Below are positions 1 through 7,211 of a stretch of 13,578 nt of DNA, one piece after another. This stretch comes from Dehalococcoidia bacterium (lineage in GTDB: Bacteria > Chloroflexota > Dehalococcoidia > GIF9 > AB-539-J10), in NCBI GenBank assembly GCA_030612025.1, contig JAUWOR010000016.1, positions 1-13,578 of the forward strand, read 5' to 3'. The position numbers and the translations under genes are program-made. Numbering within the stretch: the first letter of the stretch is position 1; each line of letters begins with the position of its first letter. The notes under the pieces were generated by a model. That model had not been told where the DNA came from. It saw nothing but the letters and a program-made list of their open reading frames with translations, and made no database searches.

Positions 1-61
1 AGTCTATTCTAATTGAAGAATGAGCCTGAATAAAGGGGTTTCAGGCAACCCGGTTAACATT

Positions 62-81
62 AACAAATCTTGAGATTTGTT
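62..81. promoter_or_regulatory. Perfect 9-bp inverted repeat AACAAATCT-TG-AGATTTGTT, candidate transcription-factor operator
   Basis: Arms 62-70 and 73-81 are exact reverse complements. The 2-nt spacer is too tight for an RNA hairpin and suits a dimeric DNA-binding protein site. Confidence 0.4.
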
Positions 82-118
82 GAAAGAGACTCGTACTTGA
101 TTTAACGTGGAAGAAAAA

Positions 119-172
119 CTAGTATTTGAATTTCAATCCATAATCAACCAGTTCCCTCTTAGCTTTTTCATA
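119..172 (-). pseudogene. 3'-terminal relic of a second mtmB-like gene
   Basis: Minus strand reads YEKAKRELVDYGLKFKY*, versus YEKAKKELADYGLNFKY* at the end of the 3277..4647 gene. 48/54 nt are identical to 3277..3330. An in-frame TAA lies immediately upstream (173-175). Confidence 0.85.
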
Positions 173-600
173 TTAAGATTTCAGAGTTTCGACAGCGCCA
201 TCTTGAATGCTCGACACCCACATGAGAATGAAAACGACGCTCACGGCGGTAATAAATCAGTCATTGTTTGTCCCAAGAAGTTAAGATTCTACCTGAGAAC
301 AAAATCTCTTTACCCTCCTGTCAGAGCACTCAAAAAGACTTATGTTTTCGTGCTAACCTTGCAGCTAGCCATAGGCCAGTTCATACCATCTTGAGCTGAC
401 TAATTCCTTGGTGTCTCCTTTTTTGTAGCTACCCGAATTCTTTCCCTCCTTGCATTCGCACTGAGCAAATTAGTATTTTTGAGTTAGAATTTCGTAGGTA
501 TCAGGCCTTTTGTCTTATGCTCGTTCACAGGATTAGTGACGCCTCACCTTCTTTTTTTTGATTTTGTTGGCTGATAGTGCCTCTTACCCTCACTAATGAA

Positions 601-1863
601 TTATGAGATAGCTACCTCCTTTAAAACTGTTTCGTGGAACTTCAGAGGCCAGCCTATATCGGCCATTATTTTCAGGAATTTCATCGGGTCAAGGCATTCA
701 GCGGGAATTACTCCTCTTTCTGCATTGCCTTCCGCACACATCTTTGCTCCTACAATTGCTGGTAAAGCAACGGCTATATTCCTTGCTCCAAATCTTTTAT
801 ATACCTCCAACCCCTCTTCAGCACTTGTAACAAGGGAATAAGGCCAGGATAGTGTATATGTGACATCTTCTCCCGATTTAGCTCCCTTTATCTCTATTAC
901 AATAGAGTTAAACCCGAACGGAAGCTTGCCAGTGCTTTCATCCTCAGTGAAAAAATCCTCAGCTGGATGAGGCACCAATTTCAGTAAAACGTCACGTGGC
1001 ACAACCTTCACACCCTTTACATTTATCGCTTCCGAGTTAGCAAACCCCATCTTAACAAAAGCGCCCGCCAGAAAGTCGACCGGGAATTTGAAAGCACAAT
1101 ACTTAACACCTTTACCTATGTAACGTGGCAGTGTTATCGCTTCTTGGTGTTGATGGTAAGAAATTAAAACTGGACCAACTGGGTCTGGGAAATTATACTC
1201 TTCGCAACTACTAAAGCGAGGGTATTTCTTATACTTCCCATCTTCGAATACTGTAGGCTCAACTGCATAACCCCAAAGTGCTCTAAAAGGAGACCATCCC
1301 GGATCCCAGGCACTAACCACTTCCTCAGGCCTTTTTGGGACTTTTGCGCCAAACCTAATATGTATTTCATCCACACGGTCCAATTTATCACAACCATATC
1401 TAGCTAATACATTAGTGACTCCAGGAGATCCTCCGCAACCAACTAAGGCTGTCAAACCAGCCTTTTTGAACTCATTATCAAGTTCAAGTGGTCGGTTTTC
1501 TATTATCTGTGACAAGATATTATCTCTGGCAAGTATGTCTAACAAGCTAGGCTCGCCAAAAGATGTATCCACATAGTGAGCACCGCTTTTTAAGGCAGCT
1601 TTCATTATATTTGAGTTGAAAGCGGTCAATGTCAGATTAATAATGGCATCTACTCCCTTAGCTGCTCTCTCAATGTCCTCAACCTTTCCGGCGTCAACCT
1701 TTATAGTGGTAATTTTATCGCTTTTTATTTTGCTTTTAACCTTATTGGCTAAATCTAGATCTATATCACTTAAAACTATTTCTGCTATATCCTTGTCCCT
1801 AGCCAGAATTGAAGCACATGGACCACCTTGTCCCCCAGCTCCTACTATCAATACTTTCTTCAT
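601..1863 (-). CDS. Saccharopine dehydrogenase / carboxynorspermidine dehydrogenase-family NAD(P)-dependent C-N oxidoreductase
   Basis: N-terminal Rossmann motif VLIVGAGGQG with an acidic residue in LSDID. Family-type segments HYVDTS, GCGGSPGVTN and ERGVIPAE. RBS AAGGAGG upstream of ATG. Confidence 0.85.
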   Translation of the reverse strand: MKKVLIVGAGGQGGPCASILARDKDIAEIVLSDIDLDLANKVKSKIKSDKITTIKVDAGKVEDIERAAKGVDAIINLTLTAFNSNIMKAALKSGAHYVDTSFGEPSLLDILARDNILSQIIENRPLELDNEFKKAGLTALVGCGGSPGVTNVLARYGCDKLDRVDEIHIRFGAKVPKRPEEVVSAWDPGWSPFRALWGYAVEPTVFEDGKYKKYPRFSSCEEYNFPDPVGPVLISYHQHQEAITLPRYIGKGVKYCAFKFPVDFLAGAFVKMGFANSEAINVKGVKVVPRDVLLKLVPHPAEDFFTEDESTGKLPFGFNSIVIEIKGAKSGEDVTYTLSWPYSLVTSAEEGLEVYKRFGARNIAVALPAIVGAKMCAEGNAERGVIPAECLDPMKFLKIMADIGWPLKFHETVLKEVAIS

Positions 1864-1921
1864 TTATTCCTCCTTTTCCATTTAAATTTGAAATCTATTT
1901 ATAGTATGGTTCTCTCTATTT

Positions 1922-1959
1922 TGGACTGCACCCCTATGATTGGACAGAAAGGGTTAGGA
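1922..1959. repeat. IS right inverted repeat (IRR)
   Basis: TGGACTGCACCCCTATGATTGGACAGAAAGGGTTAGGA aligns with the reverse complement of 3184-3221 (TGGAGTGAACCCCTGAAGCTGGACACATTAGGTTAGGA). Confidence 0.9.
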
Positions 1960-2877
1960 GAGTTTGACGGGATTCCTCCTTTCTATTCTCTTTCATAGCC
2001 AGTAATGCCTCGAACTCATCAGGTGGCCGATAACCCAGTGCCGAATGAAGTCTCTTATGATTATAGACTTCCTGGATGAAACAGGGAAGCCTGGTCATCA
2101 CATCCTCCAGCGTCTCATATTCGCATAGGTATACCTCCTCATGCTTCAATGTTTTGAAAAAGCTCTCTATCCTGGCATTCTCATAAGGATTGCCTTTCTG
2201 AGCCATGCTGATCTCAAATCCGTAGCTCTTAAGTTCGTCTACGTACTCACTTGAGGCGTATTGCACTCCCTGGTCCGAGTGATGAATTATGCCAGGGCCA
2301 GGGTTACGCTCTGCTATAGCCATCTTAAATGCCTCAATTGTTAGTGAGCTATCAATCTTGGTGGAGAGGGCATAGCCTATCACCCGCCGGGAGCAAGCAT
2401 CCAATATCGCTGCCAGGTAGACAAAGCCAGTCTTGATACGGATGTAGGTAATATCACTAATCCATACCTGGTTTAACCTATTGATAACCATTCCCTTGAT
2501 GAGATTGGGATACTTGGGGAAGTGATGGTTACTATTGGTGGTTCTTACCCACTTCCGTTTGACCTGACATAAGAGGTCGCTTTCCCTCATCAAGCGCAGC
2601 ACCTTCTTATGATTTGCCCTCCATCCCTCACGCTTAAGCTGATGAGTAATCCTGCGGTAGCCATAACGGGGAAACTCAAGACAGATGGCCTCATGCGATC
2701 TACCAGGTCTGCCTCCAGCTGCATCCTGTCAGAGCTCTTGGCACCGGGTTTGCGATAGAAGCTACTCCGGGGGATGCTCATAAGTCTACACCCTTGCCGG
2801 ATACTGCTGAGGAAGTCTTTGCACCTGGTGACAAATTCCCGTTTCTCTGAGGCTGGCTGAAGCTCATCTGTAACCCC
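1934..2877 (-). pseudogene. IS3-family transposase OrfB (DDE integrase core), interrupted by an apparent 1-nt deletion at 2692/2693
   Basis: The DDE motifs WISDITY, HHSDQGVQY and NARIESFFKTLKHE are intact. The N-terminal part (SIRQGCRLMSIPRSSFY...LVDR) and the downstream part (EAICLEFPRYGYRRITHQLKREGWRANHKKVLRLMRE) are in different frames, and one added base after CGC-AT restores DRIEAIC. The ORF track splits this into 2590..2781 and 1934..2602. Confidence 0.85.
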
Positions 2878-3131
2878 TTTTTTAGAAACTCATTCTCCAG
2901 TGTCAGCCTGCCCACCAGCCGCTCCAACTTATCTACCCTGTCCCTAAGGGCAGCTTCCTCGGTGGGTTCATTATTGAACTTACCCCGACTGTATTGTTTC
3001 TTCCAATGGTAAAGTAGGCTCGGCGAGATGTTGTATCTCCGGCAGAGTTGGGCAGGACGGCTCTCTCCACTGAGTAACTCCTCTACTACCTGCCTCTTAA
3101 ATTCTATACTGAAACTTCTCTGATTCCTCAT
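2778..3131 (-). CDS. IS3-family transposase OrfA (HTH DNA-binding protein, 117 aa)
   Basis: RSFSIEFKRQVVEELL...QLCRRYNISPSLLYHWKKQY HTH followed by a coiled coil (LERLVGRLTLENEFLKK). ATG at 3131 has an AAAGGA RBS and is preferred over the track start at 3179. Confidence 0.9.
   Translation of the reverse strand: MRNQRSFSIEFKRQVVEELLSGESRPAQLCRRYNISPSLLYHWKKQYSRGKFNNEPTEEAALRDRVDKLERLVGRLTLENEFLKKGLQMSFSQPQRNGNLSPGAKTSSAVSGKGVDL
2877..2883 (-). other. A-AAA-AAG programmed -1 ribosomal frameshift site fusing OrfA to OrfB
   Basis: CTA AAA AAG lies in the orfA frame. The -1 frame is open from here (KGVTDELQPASEKREFVTRCKDFLSSIRQGCRLMSIPRSSFY) into orfB. This is the canonical IS3-family slippery heptamer. 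Confidence 0.8.
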
Positions 3132-3183
3132 GGCAAGATCCTTTCTATCCTCCATTATAGAGTATTTTGGCCCTGCCAAACCT

Positions 3184-3221
3184 TCCTAACCTAATGTGTC
3201 CAGCTTCAGGGGTTCACTCCA
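3184..3221. repeat. IS left inverted repeat (IRL)
   Basis: Reverse complement matches 1922-1959 at 27/38 positions. It ends in CA, followed by the TSD ATTT. Confidence 0.9.
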
Positions 3222-3276
3222 ATTTATTCCCACATAGGCAATAACCTTCCCATATAAATTCTCTCATGGAAGAAAG

Positions 3277-4647
3277 CTAATATTTGAAATTCAACCCATA
3301 ATCAGCCAGTTCCTTCTTAGCCTTTTCATATAAGGCTACATACTCTTTACTGGGCTGCAAAGTCTTTATGTTATAGCAGTCCTGGTATCTCTTGCCCTCA
3401 GGAGGGTTATCAAGATTACCTTCGTACTTCGATAAAAGTTTGTTTACTATTTCATTTGCCTTAGTCCTTTTCATTCCAACCGCCGCATGAGCAACTTCCG
3501 CGGTCCATTTGGATATCATGGGACTAAGGTGATCTATGAGGGCATTTTTAGCACCACCAGGAGCCTCGATAGAACTACCGGAAACTACAGATGCGATTAC
3601 ACGAGCAGCGTTTTCATAAAACTCCATCTCAGTCTCAGGGCCCGCAGCTATGTTAGAAATATTAATTAACGGGAAGTGGCTATTCCTAGCGATTGCTTGA
3701 GTACCCAAGCTCATGGCTGCCAAACATGTCCTCGGTGATTCACAAGAATACATGACATGTGGTGTGCCATTATCCTGGCACGAGCCACGGAACACGAGTA
3801 TTGCCTGAATATGGTCAGCTACAACAGTTAGCGCAGTTCCTTCCGGGCCACCACAATACCCGCCCAGGATGGGAGTAGTTTCAGCTACAACATGTCCACC
3901 AAAACTAGTAACAAAGGCAATTTCATTGAGTCTTTCAAAATTAACTTTCAGCTCAGACATCGAGCCAATAAGCCAACCATCCGAAGGCCTGAGCCCAAAT
4001 TGGCTGCCAGCAATCTTTCCTTGGTCTGATACTGCTGTGGCTATGGAATTCATTACAGGTAACCCAGGCCTTCCTGCTTTTCTGAGTCCCTCTCTTAATA
4101 GAACAACACTTTTAATACAAGCTAATATTTCTAGGGGTGAACCGGCACGCACAGGGACACCATCCAATGTAGCTAATGATGGTGCAGTGAGTGAATCTGC
4201 AAAAGGAACTTCACCGTAGCCTTGCACAACGCTTTCAAATATCTCCTCGTTAGAAACTGCAGCTCCGCAAGCTCCAAGAAAACACCAGGGAGGAATATTA
4301 CTCTCTGGCTTACGTGCTACCAATGCTTTTGCTTCTTTGCCTTCACCAAATATCGGAGCTGAAGGTGCTGTTGCTAATGCTTCCCGAATCTCTGCCTCCG
4401 TAAACTGGATAATACGTTGCGTATCAACACAATATGTGCCCACATTAGCATAAAGCTCTATTCCTGCTTTAAACACCCTGTCAGCTAAATCATCATCAGA
4501 AGGTATAACGTTTTCGGGATCGTATTTGATTTCATATTTTTTAACTACTTCCCTTAATTTTGGGACAAACACCTTCAAATTGTAATCCTTCTCAGAATAA
4601 TAAGGTCCTGTCAATGCCCGATTAATAACGTCCATAAAGCTAACCAT
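3277..4647 (-). CDS. mtmB: Monomethylamine:corrinoid methyltransferase (MtmB) family protein lacking pyrrolysine
   Basis: Recognisable MtmB segments: DRVFKAG, GTYCVDTQRII.FTE.EI, AGRPG, ELK, PILGGYCGG, AGPETEM, GKRYQDCY..KT. Length is 456 aa with no in-frame TAG; the Pyl-equivalent position is Met199 (ATG at 4051-4053). Confidence 0.9.
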   Translation of the reverse strand: MVSFMDVINRALTGPYYSEKDYNLKVFVPKLREVVKKYEIKYDPENVIPSDDDLADRVFKAGIELYANVGTYCVDTQRIIQFTEAEIREALATAPSAPIFGEGKEAKALVARKPESNIPPWCFLGACGAAVSNEEIFESVVQGYGEVPFADSLTAPSLATLDGVPVRAGSPLEILACIKSVVLLREGLRKAGRPGLPVMNSIATAVSDQGKIAGSQFGLRPSDGWLIGSMSELKVNFERLNEIAFVTSFGGHVVAETTPILGGYCGGPEGTALTVVADHIQAILVFRGSCQDNGTPHVMYSCESPRTCLAAMSLGTQAIARNSHFPLINISNIAAGPETEMEFYENAARVIASVVSGSSIEAPGGAKNALIDHLSPMISKWTAEVAHAAVGMKRTKANEIVNKLLSKYEGNLDNPPEGKRYQDCYNIKTLQPSKEYVALYEKAKKELADYGLNFKY

Positions 4648-5320
4648 TACTTCTCTCCTTCATGCTCCTTTTTTTGGACATAAGTTCTAAAGCAACAGAA
4701 ACCGCGTCTTTAGCTGTCTTCCCATATCCATCAGCTCCAATCTTATCTGCCCAACTTTGGGTTACAGGCCCTCCTCCTACCATAACAATATACTCATCTC
4801 TAATCCCTGCTGCTTTTAATATATCTATAAGATCTTTTTGTCCTAACATAGTTGTAGTTAAAAGAGATGATACACCTATAATATCTGCTTTAACCTTCTC
4901 TGCTTCCTGCAAAAAAGTAGAAATCGGCACATCTTTGCCTATATTGTGCACCTCAAACCCCGCTGTTTTTAAGAGCATTGCCACAATATCTTTACCTATC
5001 TCATGAATATCTCCCTTCGCCGTACCTATCACTACAGTGCCTTTCTTCTCTATACTTTTGCCTCTGGCTAAAATTTCAGGCCCTAGTATCTCCACCGCTG
5101 CATTAAAAACATCCCCAGCCATTATGAGTTCAGGTAGGTAAATCTCTAATTTCTCAAACCGATCTCCTATTTCATTCATTCCCCTGAACAAGCCCTTTTC
5201 AATACCCTCCAATGGATCAAGTTTTTCCTTAACTAGTTTATTTGCAGCTTCTCTTCCTTTATCCTCATCCAGGTCTACAATGGCTCTGAATAGGTCTTCA
5301 AATATTTCCTCTCTTCCCAA
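4640..5320 (-). CDS. Methyltransferase cognate corrinoid (B12-binding) protein, MtmC/MttC-like
   Basis: Cap domain (IGDRFEKLEIYLPELIMA), DxHxxG motif (GDIHEIGK), SSLLTTT and VGGGP. TTG start with AAAGGAGG RBS. Overlaps the mtmB-like start by 8 nt. Confidence 0.95.
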   Translation of the reverse strand: MGREEIFEDLFRAIVDLDEDKGREAANKLVKEKLDPLEGIEKGLFRGMNEIGDRFEKLEIYLPELIMAGDVFNAAVEILGPEILARGKSIEKKGTVVIGTAKGDIHEIGKDIVAMLLKTAGFEVHNIGKDVPISTFLQEAEKVKADIIGVSSLLTTTMLGQKDLIDILKAAGIRDEYIVMVGGGPVTQSWADKIGADGYGKTAKDAVSVALELMSKKRSMKERSNG

Positions 5321-5582
5321 TAAATCCTCCTTTAATATCTTTCCTGAGAACTTAACCCCCTTATATCCTTAGGCAAGTCTGTTCTAAGCTATTTCAGCCT
5401 AACTCCTATCTCCCTGTACAAAGAACCAGCTAACTGTTGTTTTAATGGAGCCAGAGTTAGCAAACTTACAAAACCATGCTCTCTCGAATATCACGAATAT
5501 TAGCCTTGAGCAACCCTATTACTACTTTCCTTTTTTATCCCCTTCTACCAGTACAGCGGCAAGAATGCTGGTTGCCATCTTT

Positions 5583-5719
5583 TCCAATACCATAAGTATC
5601 AAAGAACTTAATAACACTTGAAACACCTTCCACATAAGCTTCCCCTTCGATGATCTTAACCTATATTAACTTTTGCTGTGCTATCTGACACTTGCTTTAT
5701 GCAAACAACAATTCCCCAT
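5583..5719 (-). pseudogene. etfB: Degenerate electron transfer flavoprotein beta-subunit (etfB) 5' relic
   Basis: ATG at 5719, then after a frameshift IVVCIKQVSDSTAKVNIG* (5712-5656), then after a second shift EAYVEGVSSVIKFFDTYGIG (5642-5583). These match the EtfB consensus MkIvVCiKQVPD...EGVps.iNPfD.yA. Not in the ORF track. Confidence 0.75.
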
Positions 5720-5778
5720 AGCTCCTTTCCTGGTCAATATGCCTAGCTTTTCCAGTCAAAAATCCTAGTTTATCCTTC

Positions 5779-7056
5779 TTACCAAGATTCAAAAGTGTAC
5801 TCTCCACGTGCCGCATCTAACACAGCGCCATGGACACCACCCATCCAAATACGAATGATTGGTAGACTTCGAAGGTATTTTTCTACATGACCACCGGTTG
5901 AATAACCATAAGACCCCATCAAGCCCATAGCTTGTCTGCAAACCCACTCAGCTACCTCGGTTCCGAAGTTCTTACAAGCAGACGATCTTGCTATTTGTTG
6001 AAGTGAGGTCGGGTCTCCATATATCTCAGGGTGATCAAACATATAAGCAACATTCAAGTAGTAACTCCTAGCGGCTTGAATTTTCATAGCCATTTCACCA
6101 ATTGTAGCAGCAAAAAGCGACCTATCTCTCACTGGTTTCCCCACAATATATCTATCCTTTAAGTAGTCTGTTGCGATTTCAAGACAGGCTTGAGCTGGAC
6201 CTAACGCCTCAGCAGCACTTTGAAAGCGTGTGGATACCATCCACTTAAGAACCCAGGCCCCTTGCCCTCCTGGTGCCCCGCTACAATATTCTTTGGGGAC
6301 TCTCACATCATCATAGTAAATGGCCCCATTTTTTGCTGTGCATACTCTACCCAGCAATTCCTCGGGTTTACTAAATGATAATCCTGGTGTATCTTTGGGA
6401 ACGTCGATAATGACTATCCCATCATCTCCCTTTTCGGGGTCCGTAGTGCAAACTGTGCTATAGATTTCGGAGCTAATGATAGGACCAGGCCATAGCTTTT
6501 GTCCATTTATTATCCACTCGTTGCCTTTGAGTTCAGCTCTCGTTTGAATGGTGCGTCCATGCTGGCAATAAACATCTTCAATATTACAACCGCCGGCAGG
6601 TTCCGTCATGGCAAAACAACCATCACAAACCTCGCCACCACAGAACAGAGAAGCAAACTTCTTCAATATTGTCTCGTTATTGACAAGCATAGCTGCTAGA
6701 ACGCCCCATACACCCGTAGCAAAATGTTCACCTATATCTGGATCTCCTCGGGCAAGTTCCTCTATGAAAATACAATAAGTTACATTAGAGGTGATCCCCA
6801 ACCCCCCATATTCCTTTGGGAACCAGGCCCTTTGCCATCCCATGTCCACGAGCTTCTTCCTAATTTCATGAAAGGTCTTTTCGGCCAATTCTCGATCGCG
6901 GTGAAAGCCACCATCTAAATCCAGGCGACGAGGCATGACCTCTCGGTCTACGAATTCATGCAACGTTTTTGCTATTACTATATCTTCCTCGGTAGCAAAT
7001 GCTTTACTGTACTTCTGAGCAGGATCTCTCAAGTCTACACTAGATGGATATTCCAT
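5779..7056 (-). CDS. Acyl-CoA dehydrogenase-fold flavoprotein with atypical active-site motifs
   Basis: FPKEYGGLG, EELARGD, CFAMTEPAGG, WIINGQKLW, YDDVRVP, MGSYGYS. RBS AAGGAGGT. Confidence 0.9.
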   Translation of the reverse strand: MEYPSSVDLRDPAQKYSKAFATEEDIVIAKTLHEFVDREVMPRRLDLDGGFHRDRELAEKTFHEIRKKLVDMGWQRAWFPKEYGGLGITSNVTYCIFIEELARGDPDIGEHFATGVWGVLAAMLVNNETILKKFASLFCGGEVCDGCFAMTEPAGGCNIEDVYCQHGRTIQTRAELKGNEWIINGQKLWPGPIISSEIYSTVCTTDPEKGDDGIVIIDVPKDTPGLSFSKPEELLGRVCTAKNGAIYYDDVRVPKEYCSGAPGGQGAWVLKWMVSTRFQSAAEALGPAQACLEIATDYLKDRYIVGKPVRDRSLFAATIGEMAMKIQAARSYYLNVAYMFDHPEIYGDPTSLQQIARSSACKNFGTEVAEWVCRQAMGLMGSYGYSTGGHVEKYLRSLPIIRIWMGGVHGAVLDAARGEYTFESW

Positions 7057-7211
7057 TTAACAACCTCCTTATCTTTATTTTTTGCAGCGAATTTCTCATC
7101 CTCCGCCCCAATGCTCTCCGCAATACCTGTTAGTTTTTGCGCCAGGAGATCATTACCAGGGTAGTAAAGTGGAAACCTACCCTCATTAAGCTCCTCAGAC
7201 AAGTAGCCAAA

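Larger units (their letters stand above)
1922..3221 (-). mobile_element. IS3-family insertion sequence, 1300 bp
   Basis: TG...CA termini. Imperfect 38-bp terminal inverted repeats (1922-1959 and 3184-3221, 27/38 match). 4-bp direct repeat ATTT at 1918-1921 and 3222-3225. Contains orfA (HTH) and orfB (DDE). Confidence 0.95.

Noticed and set aside
107-394. 95-aa plus-strand ORF
   Set aside because: No RBS or recognisable motif, and its 5' part is the antisense of the mtmB relic.
601-1863. Specific call as carboxynorspermidine dehydrogenase (polyamine synthesis)
   Set aside because: Key motifs diverge, no partner decarboxylase is in the window and the context is catabolic; kept at family level.
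1890-1935. Hybrid promoter formed by the IS end and a TACTAT/TATAAA box upstream of the oxidoreductase
   Set aside because: The hexamers at 17-18 nt spacing (GTCCAA, AGTCCA, TGCAGT) are poor -35 matches.
2668-2674. T-TTC-CCC as a second programmed -1 frameshift rescuing orfB
   Set aside because: It has the X-XXY-YYZ shape, but C-rich sites slip poorly. The family-like sequence (EAICLEFP) is already in the downstream frame before this site, which favours a 1-nt deletion at 2692/2693.
3277-3279. TAG stop of mtmB as a pyrrolysine codon
   Set aside because: It falls at the normal MtmB C-terminus rather than the active-site position, and no pyl genes are in the window.
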